This document shows positions 49,701 to 57,526 of a DNA stretch of 57,526 nt, piece by piece (the stretch's first letter is position 1; the number at the start of each line of letters is the position of its first letter). Below the pieces are notes generated by a model. That model did no database searches. It was not told where the DNA came from and worked only from the letters and a program-made list of their open reading frames with translations. Both the position numbers and the translations under genes were made by a program. Origin of the DNA: Dehalococcoidia bacterium (lineage in GTDB: Bacteria; Chloroflexota; Dehalococcoidia; Lucifugimonadales; UBA3495); assembly GCA_030740155.1 (NCBI GenBank), contig JASLXV010000059.1, positions 1 to 57,526 of the forward strand, given 5' to 3'.

Positions 49701-50792
49701 CTAGTAGGAGATCCGATACTTCTCGCACGCCGCTTCGTCCAACTCCATGCCCAGGCCCGGAGCCTGGGGAGCGACCAAATGCCCGGCCTCCAGCGTCAGC
49801 CGGTTCTTGAGGATGGGGCCGGACCTGGGCAGGTATTCAACCAGGTGCCCGTTGGGCACGGCCGCCAGCAGGTGGACGCTGACCTCGGTCATGACGTGTC
49901 CCGCCACCGGTATCCCTCTGGCCTGAGCCAGGTTGGCCGCCTTCATCCACGGCGTGATACCGCCCACGCGTGGCAGGTCGATGATGGCGATGTCCACGGC
50001 TCGGGCCTCGAAGGTCTTCTGGAAAGCGTCCAGGCCGAACAGGTGCTCCCCCGCCGCGATGGGCACGTCCAGAACGTGGGCCAGGTGGGCCAGCCCGGCC
50101 AGGTTCTCGTGGGATACCGGGTCTTCCAGCCACACGATTCCCGCCTCTTGCAGGGCCCGGCCGGTTACCACCGCCTGGGCCTCGTTCCAGCTTTCGGTGG
50201 CGTCCACCATGATGCGGACGTCCGGGCCGGCGGCCTCGGTAGCGGCCCGCACCCGGGCCACCTCCTTGGCTGGGCTGTCCTCGTTCCCCACCCGGACCTT
50301 GAGCATGTCGTAACCCTCGGCCACGTGGGCCTGGGCCGACCGGGCCAGCTCATCCAGCGACAGGTTGTACCACAGGTTGTCGCTGGCGTAGGCCCGGACC
50401 CGGTCCCGGTAGCCGCCCAGGAGGCGGTAGAGAGGCTGCCCCACCGACTTGCCCGCGGCGTCCCAGAGGGCGATATCCAGGATCGAGATGGCCATGTTCA
50501 GCAGGCCGCCCGGCCCGGTCCAATCGCCGGCCCGTTCCATACGGGAGCGGGCCGCCTCGATCTCCATGACGTTCATCCCGATTAGCAACTTGCCCAGCTC
50601 GCTGGCCGCTTGGGCCAGGGATTTCAGCATGGTGGGCCGGAAAGACACGAGGAATCCGATGCCCTGAACGCCGCCGGCAGTGGACACGCGGGCCATGACG
50701 TGCCAGTTAGAGCTAACCGTGTGGCCGGTCGCCTTGTACTCTCGCTCCGCCGGTATATCCAAGACTTCAATGTCGACACGGGTTATCTTCAT
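49701..50792 (-). CDS. Mandelate racemase/muconate lactonizing enzyme family (enolase superfamily)
   Basis: DIALWD..GK, KVR, MVD, WLEDP, AAGE, GGIT, PGLG. Confidence 0.93.
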   Translation of the reverse strand: MKITRVDIEVLDIPAEREYKATGHTVSSNWHVMARVSTAGGVQGIGFLVSFRPTMLKSLAQAASELGKLLIGMNVMEIEAARSRMERAGDWTGPGGLLNMAISILDIALWDAAGKSVGQPLYRLLGGYRDRVRAYASDNLWYNLSLDELARSAQAHVAEGYDMLKVRVGNEDSPAKEVARVRAATEAAGPDVRIMVDATESWNEAQAVVTGRALQEAGIVWLEDPVSHENLAGLAHLAHVLDVPIAAGEHLFGLDAFQKTFEARAVDIAIIDLPRVGGITPWMKAANLAQARGIPVAGHVMTEVSVHLLAAVPNGHLVEYLPRSGPILKNRLTLEAGHLVAPQAPGLGMELDEAACEKYRISY

Positions 50793-51142
50793 GATGTCAC
50801 CCTTGACGCCTGGGCCGGGTTTGAGTTGGGCGAAGACCCGACCGGGCGTCCCCTGGACCGAAAACCGTCTTCGACGCCGGCGTCCCTCGATTCGGCTGTC
50901 CCGGAATTCAGCTCAATATTACTCTCATGGCGGCGGTGGGCGCCAGGCCGGGCCGCAATCACCTGGGAGGTAGGTTCGCCACCGGCCTACCCTGATCCGT
51001 AATTGGAAGCACTTTTCTCGCCCGCCCCGGCCCTTCGGCCGGCCCTCTGCTTGCGGCTGGTTCCCCCCTGCCGTTGCCCCGCTCACAGGCGTACCGTATA
51101 ATTGGGCACGGAAAGGTATTACGGAATGGTATCATTGACTCC

Positions 51143-51952
51143 ATGTTATTGACCATCGACATCGGCAACACCATGGTCACCATGGGCGTGTTCGACGGGA
51201 ACCGCCTGGCGACGACTTTGCGGGTAGCCACCGAGACCCGGCGGCTGGCCGATGAATATGGGCTGCTCCTCACCAACCTGCTGGGCGTCAACGGGGTCGA
51301 ACCGTCCCAGATCGACGCCGTCTGCATGTGCAGCGTGGCGCCCTCCCTCACGCTGGTCTTCGCCGAGGTCTGTGAAGTCTACTTCGGCGTGAAGCCGCTG
51401 ACGGTCTCGGCCGGTGTGCGGACCGGTCTGCGCATACTGTACGACAACCCCAAGGATGTGGGGGCCGACCGGATTGTCGACGCCGTGGCGGCCATCAGCT
51501 TGTACGGAACGCCGCTGATCGTCGTGGACTTCGGCACAGCCACCGTTTTCGACGCCATCTCCCGGGACGGCGTGTACCTCGGGGGCGCCATCGCCCCGGG
51601 GGTCAACGTGGCCGCCGAGGCACTGTTCCTGAACACCTCTCAGCTTCGCCGGGTGGAGTTGGTGGCCCCCAAGACGGCCGTCGGACAGAACACCTCCGCC
51701 GCGCTCCAGTCTGGTCTGGTGTTCGGCTACGCCGGGCTCGTGGACGGTATTGTGGGGCGGTTCAAAGACGAGCTTGGGAAGGATGCGAAGGTTATCGGCA
51801 CCGGCGGCCTGGCTGGGATCATATCCAAGGAAACGGATATCTTTGACGCCGTGAACGTCGACCTCACGCTCATCGGGCTGCGGCTCATCTACGAGATGAA
51901 CCAGCAAAGGCCCAGGACGTTGGAAGAGACACGTGGCCGCATCTCTAACTGA
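51143..51952 (+). CDS. coaX: Type III pantothenate kinase
   Basis: IDIGNT, VGADRI, VDFGTATVFD, GGAIAPG, GTGG. Confidence 0.96.
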   Translation: MLLTIDIGNTMVTMGVFDGNRLATTLRVATETRRLADEYGLLLTNLLGVNGVEPSQIDAVCMCSVAPSLTLVFAEVCEVYFGVKPLTVSAGVRTGLRILYDNPKDVGADRIVDAVAAISLYGTPLIVVDFGTATVFDAISRDGVYLGGAIAPGVNVAAEALFLNTSQLRRVELVAPKTAVGQNTSAALQSGLVFGYAGLVDGIVGRFKDELGKDAKVIGTGGLAGIISKETDIFDAVNVDLTLIGLRLIYEMNQQRPRTLEETRGRISN

Positions 51953-53129
51953 TAAACACATCGTCCTGGGAGTCACCGGGAGCATTGCCTGCTACAAGGC
52001 CGTGGACCTGGCCAGCAAGCTGGTCCAGGCGGGGGCCCTGGTGGACGTGGTGATGAGCTACGGGGCCACCCGGTTCGTCACGCCCCTTTCCTTTAGCGCC
52101 ATCACCCACCGGGAAGTGGTGACCGATGCTTTCGAGGCCAGCTCGGAGTACGGCAATGAGCATGTGGCACTGGCCCAGCGGGCCGGCATCATCGCCATCG
52201 CCCCGGCCACGGTGCACTGCATCGCCAAGCTGGCGGCGGGATTGGCCGACGATCCGCTGACCACCACCGTCTTGGCCGCAACCTGTCCCCTCCTCGTGGC
52301 CCCGGCCATGGACGGCAACATGTACAACCACCCGGCCACGCAGGAGAACCTGGCCAAGCTCCGGGGGCGGGGCGTCGTCATCGCCGGGCCGGCGCTGGGC
52401 CGGTTTTCCTCGGGGCTGGTTGGCATGGGCCGGCTCCTCGAGCCCTTAGACCTGATGGGCCACATCGCCGCCACCCTGGGGCGGGATGGCGACCTGGCCG
52501 GGCGTACCGTAGTGGTCAGCGCCGGCGGCACCATGGAGGCCATTGACCCGGTGCGGGTGATCACCAACCACTCGTCGGGAAGGATGGGCTACGCGTTGGC
52601 CGAGGCGGCCCGCGACCGGGGTGCGAAAGTGGTTCTGGTGGCGGCGCCGACCGGCCTGCCCGATCCCACCCTGGTCGAGGTAGTCCACGTCAGATCGGCC
52701 CAGGAGATGTGCGACGCTGTCCTGGGACACCTGGGGGGCGCCGACGCTCTGATCATGGCGGCCGCCGTAGCCGACTACCGGCCCGCCACCGAGGCGGCCC
52801 AAAAAATCAAGAAATCCAGCGACGATCTGACCATTTCCCTGGCCAAGACGGTGGATATTCTGGAGGCGGCCAAGGGCAGCTTCGTAAAGGTGGGCTTTGC
52901 CGCCGAGAGCCAGAATCTAGTGGAAAACGCCAAGGTGAAGGTGAAGAAGAAGGGCCTCGACCTGATCGTGGCTAACGACATCACCGACCCTCAGAGCGGT
53001 TTTGGCGTCGACACCAACAAGGTGTCGCTGATCGGCAGCGACTTGCGGGTGGAGGAGTTGCCCCTGCTGACCAAGTACGAGGTGAGCAACCGCATCTTGG
53101 ACCGGGTTATCCCCCTCTTTCGCGCCTAG
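51933..53129 (+). CDS. coaBC: Phosphopantothenoylcysteine decarboxylase/ligase
   Basis: GVTGSIACYK, APAM, IDPVRVITNHSSGRMG, AAAVADY, VGFAAE, DLIVAND. Confidence 0.97.
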   Translation: MAASLTDKHIVLGVTGSIACYKAVDLASKLVQAGALVDVVMSYGATRFVTPLSFSAITHREVVTDAFEASSEYGNEHVALAQRAGIIAIAPATVHCIAKLAAGLADDPLTTTVLAATCPLLVAPAMDGNMYNHPATQENLAKLRGRGVVIAGPALGRFSSGLVGMGRLLEPLDLMGHIAATLGRDGDLAGRTVVVSAGGTMEAIDPVRVITNHSSGRMGYALAEAARDRGAKVVLVAAPTGLPDPTLVEVVHVRSAQEMCDAVLGHLGGADALIMAAAVADYRPATEAAQKIKKSSDDLTISLAKTVDILEAAKGSFVKVGFAAESQNLVENAKVKVKKKGLDLIVANDITDPQSGFGVDTNKVSLIGSDLRVEELPLLTKYEVSNRILDRVIPLFRA

Positions 53130-53243
53130 ACCCACTGGCAGGGGTTCATTTCACCGCGGAGGCGCTTAGTTAAGAAGGGTGGTGTGGATTGGCGACGGGA
53201 GTCGGCCCTTTGAAGCCGGTGGATGCGGATTAACCCCCCTCTC

Positions 53244-53305
53244 AATCTCCCCCTTCGCATGATAGAAGAAACAGTCCTCTCTCTCTCTTGCGAAGGGGGA
53301 AGATC
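53244..53305. repeat. Inverted repeat (REP/MITE-like, or a bidirectional terminator) between convergent genes
   Basis: atctcccccttcgca ... tgcgaagggggaagat around a ct-rich loop. Confidence 0.55.
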
Positions 53306-53340
53306 AGGCTAGGGGCCCGTAGTACCAATTGGGAACGGTA

Positions 53341-54209
53341 CTAGCCGGAAACCGCCTCTTTGAACCGGCGTATGGCCTCGATATGCTGGTCCGGTCCTTC
53401 CAGCCCGGCCTTCATGGTGTTCACCGAGACGTGGGTGGCCCCCACCTCGGTCCAGGCCTGGGCTAATTTGTTCCACTCTTTTGGACCGTCCCCGTCGGCG
53501 AGACTGATTCGGCCTTCAATCCCAATTGAATTTGGGTCTCCCCCGCTTCCCTGGCGTACTCCCGCATTTGCTCGATGCGCGCTTGGCCGGCGCTGTCGGG
53601 CCGGAACTGGGGGAACCATCCGTCGCCCATGCGGCCCACGCGGCGTACCACCCGCTCGGCGCCGCCGCCGAACCAGATGGGAATGGGCCGCTGCACCGGC
53701 AAGGGGTTGATTCCAGCGTAGGTAACCCGGTGGTACCGGCCACTGAAGTCGACCACTTCCTGGGTCCACAGGGCGCGAAGTAGCTCTATCTGCTCCACGC
53801 TGCGCCGGCCTCGGTTGTTGAAATTCTCCCCCAGGGCCTAGTACTCCACCTCGTTCCAGCCGATTCCGATCCCAAGCCGGAGGCGTCCCCCGGAAAGGAC
53901 ATCTACCTCGGCGGCCTGCTTGGCCACCAGCGCCGTCTGACGCTGCCCGAGGATCAGCACCCCGGTGGTCAGCTCGATGCTCCGGGTTATTCCGGCCAGG
54001 TAGCCGAATAGCACGAAGGGCTCGTGGAACAGGCTCGTGTGCTGGTAGGGCCGGCTCCAGTTCTCCCGTTTGCTGGGGTCGGCGCCCAGGACGTGGTCAA
54101 ACACCAGCAGGTGGTCATAGCCCAGAGACTCGGCGGCCTGGGCAAAGTCGCGGACCGCGGCCGGGTCCGCCCCGATTTCGGTCTGAGGGAAGACTGCCCC
54201 TAGTCGCAT
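53341..54209 (-). pseudogene. LLM-class (F420-dependent type) oxidoreductase pseudogene
   Basis: MRLGAVFPQTEIG...DHVLG...LVAKQAAEVD...GIGWNEVEY, then TAG at 53838-53840, then in frame ALGENF..., then a 1-nt frameshift near 53540 into DPNSIGIEGR...GATHVSVNTM. Confidence 0.85.
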
Positions 54210-54472
54210 GGTAACCTCCTCGCATCAGAGAATAGGCTGCACCGGCGAACTGAATCGATTCCGCGGATTCAGCGCTACCGCCTCTTGGACCCAGGACTTA
54301 AACTGGCCGGCCCGGATGTCGCCCATCCGCTTGACTTTCACGTGGCGCGTCTTATTGCCCCGGCTCGATTGTAGCATGCGCCGGCCGGTGCGGACGGACG
54401 GGAAATCCGGCTTGCGATTCGGCGACGTGGTCAGATTCCGGGGATCGGTTCATAGGTTCGGCGCCTGAAACG

Positions 54473-54501
54473 TTGACAGCCTGGAGGCCCATCAATACAC
54501 T
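54473..54501 (+). promoter_or_regulatory. Sigma70 promoter
   Basis: TTGACA-17 bp-TACACT. Confidence 0.7.
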
Positions 54502-54609
54502 TTGGGATAGGCGGCGTCCCCTTCCGGAGCAGGACCGGCCGAGTGATACGAGCCGGGCAGGCACAGGCGGGCCGGATGGCCAATACTTTGCGAATGGCGT
54601 CGCCAAGGG

Positions 54610-56421
54610 ATGCGCGTGAGGACTCTTTTCTTAATAGTATCCGTAGTTCTCCTGGTTGGAGTCGCCTGCGGCCAAGAGCTTAGCACGCCCGGCCCGGCCG
54701 CTACGAGCACGGTTTCACCGGCGGCGGAGCCCGCCGCATCCACACCGGCGAAAACCCCGGACCGGGCTACCGGCACCGCGGCGAAGCCAACAGGCACGCC
54801 AAGGCCCAAAACCGCGGCGACGGCGCCGCCGGCTGCCGCCCCGGAGGCGGCTGCTGTCCCGGTGGCCCCGGAGGACCAAGCGGTGGAGGGCGCCACCCTG
54901 GTGAGAGTGGGCCGTGAGCCGCCTACCTTGGACCCTCACCTCACCGTGGATACCGACTCCGCGATGTACATCGTCGAAGTGTATGGCGGGCTGGTAACGA
55001 TCGAGCCCCAGAATCCCCATGACCTGTTCAACCCGCAGTTGGAAATCGTGGGAGACCTGGCCGAGGCCTGGGAGATTAGCGACGACGGCCGGACCTACAC
55101 CTTCCACCTGAGGGAAGAGGGCAGGTTCCACAACGGCAAGCCTGTCACCGCCCAGGATTTCAAATGGTCCGTCGAGCGAATCGGAGACCCCAGCACCGAG
55201 TCCCCCGTGGCGGCCGTTTTTCTGGGAGATGTCGTCGGATTCAATGACAAACTCGATAGCAAGACCACGGAAGTAAGCGGGGCTCAGGTCATCGACGAGC
55301 ATACCTTGGCTGTGACCGTCGACGCTCCAAAGGCTTACATCTTGGCCAAGCTCACCTATCCCACCGCGTTCGTGCTGGACCGGGACGATGTGGAAGGAGA
55401 TCCGTTCTGGTTTCGTGATCCCAACGGTACCGGGCCGTTCCGGCTGGCGGAGTACATCCCCGGGGAAGTGCTGAGGCTGGAGGGAAACGAGGCGTACCAC
55501 CTGGGGGCGCCCAAGCTGGAAGAGGTGCGGTACCTTCTCAGCGGCGGCGACTCGTTACTGATGTACCAAAACGATGAGATACACGTCACCGGCGTGAACC
55601 TTTTGAACCTGGAGGGGATGCTGGACCCGTCCCATCCGTTGAACCAACAGCTCCATCAGGCGCCTCCCAGCTTCGATCTGTCCTATATAGGGATGAATGC
55701 CAGCCTGGCGCCTTTTGACGATCCCAAGGTGCGGCAGGCCTTCAACTACGCGATAGATAAGGAAACACTGTCCAGCGCGCTCTACCAGGGCCTGGTGGCG
55801 CCGGCCAAGGGAATTCTTCCTCCCGGATTTCCTGGATACAACCTGGATATCCAGGGTTATGAATACGACCCGGCGAAGGCCAAGCAGCTTCTGCTGGAAT
55901 CGAAATACGGCGAAAACATGGACGAGTTCCCTCGCATCACCTTCACCCTCCCCGGATCCTTCGGCGCCCCGGTGAGCCCGGTCATGGAAGCGATCATGCA
56001 GATGTGGCGGCAGAGCATGGGAATCGACATGGAGATCTTGCAGACGGAGTGGGCCATATTCCTTCAGGACCTGCATCAGAACCGTTTCCAGATTTTCGGC
56101 GGCCTGGGCTGGATAGCCGACTACCCAGACCCGGAGAATTTCCTGGATGGCCTCTTTCACTCCGAAAGCGACAACAACAACACCGGGTATTCAAATCCGG
56201 AGGTGGACCGGCTGCTGGAAAAGGCCCGGTTGGAGCTGGACCAAGAGGCCCGGTTCGCCATCTACCACACGGTAGAGAAGATGATCATGGAAGACGCCCC
56301 ATGGGTGCCCCTGTGGCACGGTGAAAGCGGCTTCGTGCTGTGGAAGCCTTACGTGAAAGACTACTTCCTGTTCCCATTGATCATCCCAAAGCTGAGATAC
56401 GTGTACATGACGGAAAAGTAG
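54610..56421 (+). CDS. Family 5 (OppA/DppA-like) ABC substrate-binding lipoprotein
   Basis: Lipobox VGVAC, Pro/Ala linker, TLDPH, LAEAWEISDDGRTYTFHLR, GTGPF, VRQAFNYAID, WIADYPDP. Confidence 0.93.
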   Translation: MRVRTLFLIVSVVLLVGVACGQELSTPGPAATSTVSPAAEPAASTPAKTPDRATGTAAKPTGTPRPKTAATAPPAAAPEAAAVPVAPEDQAVEGATLVRVGREPPTLDPHLTVDTDSAMYIVEVYGGLVTIEPQNPHDLFNPQLEIVGDLAEAWEISDDGRTYTFHLREEGRFHNGKPVTAQDFKWSVERIGDPSTESPVAAVFLGDVVGFNDKLDSKTTEVSGAQVIDEHTLAVTVDAPKAYILAKLTYPTAFVLDRDDVEGDPFWFRDPNGTGPFRLAEYIPGEVLRLEGNEAYHLGAPKLEEVRYLLSGGDSLLMYQNDEIHVTGVNLLNLEGMLDPSHPLNQQLHQAPPSFDLSYIGMNASLAPFDDPKVRQAFNYAIDKETLSSALYQGLVAPAKGILPPGFPGYNLDIQGYEYDPAKAKQLLLESKYGENMDEFPRITFTLPGSFGAPVSPVMEAIMQMWRQSMGIDMEILQTEWAIFLQDLHQNRFQIFGGLGWIADYPDPENFLDGLFHSESDNNNTGYSNPEVDRLLEKARLELDQEARFAIYHTVEKMIMEDAPWVPLWHGESGFVLWKPYVKDYFLFPLIIPKLRYVYMTEK

Positions 56422-56545
56422 GCCCGGACAGCCGGTAGCAACTACTACCGCGCCGGCGCAAGCAGCCAGAACCAGGAGCGCTGAGCGGGTTGCCCGTAAA
56501 GTGCCGTTTGCATCACAATTTTTCGGCCGCTCCTCTAGGTGACTC

Positions 56546-57004
56546 ATGGAAAGTGGGGAGAACAAAGGCTCCGAAATCGCCGAGTTCCTAGCCGGCGTCG
56601 ATCTGTTCAGGTATGTGAAGCCCGACGCCCTGGAGAGTCTGGCGCCCCGGATAAGGCTTGTCTACCTTCCGGAGGGGCCGATCGTCAAAGAATCCGACCC
56701 GGTGGACGGGCTCTACATCATCAAGTCGGGGATGGCGAAAGTGACCAAGTCGGCGGAGCGATGGGAAGCGGAGGCGGTACTGGCCATCCTTCGCCCGGGA
56801 CAGTGTTTTGGCGAAATCGGCCTGATTGACGGTCTGTCCCGTTCGGCCAACGTGACCGCCATGGAGCCCACCCAATGCTACTTCCTGCCCAGGGAGGCCT
56901 TTCTCCAAGCCCTGGAGGAAAGCCCTGAAATCGGCGCCGGAATGCCGCCGGCCCTGGCCGCCATGGTCCGGAGCGCCGACCGGTGGGTAGCCCAGCTTCT
57001 CTGA
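56546..57004 (+). CDS. Stand-alone cyclic nucleotide-binding domain protein
   Basis: LYIIKSG, FGEIGLIDGLSRSANVTA. No HTH. Confidence 0.88.
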   Translation: MESGENKGSEIAEFLAGVDLFRYVKPDALESLAPRIRLVYLPEGPIVKESDPVDGLYIIKSGMAKVTKSAERWEAEAVLAILRPGQCFGEIGLIDGLSRSANVTAMEPTQCYFLPREAFLQALEESPEIGAGMPPALAAMVRSADRWVAQLL

Positions 57005-57183
57005 AGAACACCGGGAGGAACACCAGCAGCCGCTCGGCTATTGCCCGGTGGCCCCGGCCGGCAGACCCCTGTTGCCCCATCTCGATGCCCCTCGCCCGGC
57101 AGGTCCCGCCGACGCTGCCTCTCACGTAAGACCCGTGCAGACCCGGCCGGGCCACGCGGCCGATTATTGCCCTGCCGCCTACG

Positions 57184-57526
57184 CTACGGCGTAATCTGGC
57201 CGGCGGCGGATATCTGGACCGTCTTCAGGAAACCGTCGGAGCCGTTACCGGAGTAGGCTATGGCGTATATCGTGCCTGAGATGGGAATTATGTTGGGGGT
57301 CTTGCCCTTCACTGTATCAAACTCCAGGGTGTCGATTGCCGCATCGGTAATCTGACCGCTGGTGGCAATCGTGATGGTCTTCAGGAACCCGTCATCTCCA
57401 TTACCAGCAGAGGCGATGGCGTAGACGTTGCCCGAGATGGGGATGATGTTGGGGGTCTTGCCCTTCAATGTATCAAACTCCAGGGTGTCGATTGCCGCAT
57501 CGGTAATCTGACCGCTGGTGGCAATC
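57184..57526 (-). CDS. C-terminus of a protein with 52-aa tandem repeats (partial, likely secreted beta-rich protein)
   Basis: 156-bp near-identical repeats encoding IDTLEFDTxKGKTPNIIPISGxxYAIAxxGNGxDGFLKT. The frame is open to the window end. Confidence 0.8.
   Translation of the reverse strand, partial: IATSGQITDAAIDTLEFDTLKGKTPNIIPISGNVYAIASAGNGDDGFLKTITIATSGQITDAAIDTLEFDTVKGKTPNIIPISGTIYAIAYSGNGSDGFLKTVQISAAGQITP

Noticed and set aside
53838..53840. Pyrrolysine or other recoding of the in-frame TAG
   Set aside because: The position matches an ordinary Glu codon one base away, and the gene has a second, frameshift lesion, so decay is the simpler explanation.

Overview
This is a GC-rich bacterial chromosomal segment, most likely Chloroflexota (Dehalococcoidia, SAR202-like). 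That assignment is inferred from gene content: LLM F420-type oxidoreductase, enolase-superfamily enzyme, class III CoA-transferase, PAC2, short EF-Ts and a GAAC-N4-GTTC LexA box. Core blocks are rplS-priA-def-tRNA nucleotidyltransferase-secDF; nfo-zinicin-pgpA; rpsB-tsf-pyrH-frr-uppS-cdsA-dxr-rseP-ispG-proS; pheST-moeA; infC-rpmI-rplT; and coaX-coaBC. Accessory genes lie between them. Main points: (1) a hidden selenoprotein at 42597-43547 (PrdB/GrdB family, in-frame UGA in a U-x-x-C motif with a SECIS-like hairpin) has an extra N-terminal domain and sits next to a D-aminoacylase, with no prdA/grd partners in the window; (2) a sigma70 promoter with a perfect LexA box drives a Zn-ribbon protein coupled to a RuvC-fold protein with an altered active site, followed by duplicated Arg-less Rid genes; (3) a GIY-YIG nuclease frame is exactly bracketed by inverted CGTC-type REP palindromes; (4) several housekeeping proteins have unusual features (SecD with two SecF-like inserts, RseP with a permuted OB-like insert, a loop-less CC-adding-type nucleotidyltransferase, a fused active/inactive CoA-transferase). 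I recognised no rRNA, tRNA or CRISPR array. All assignments come from reading motifs by eye, with no database searches.
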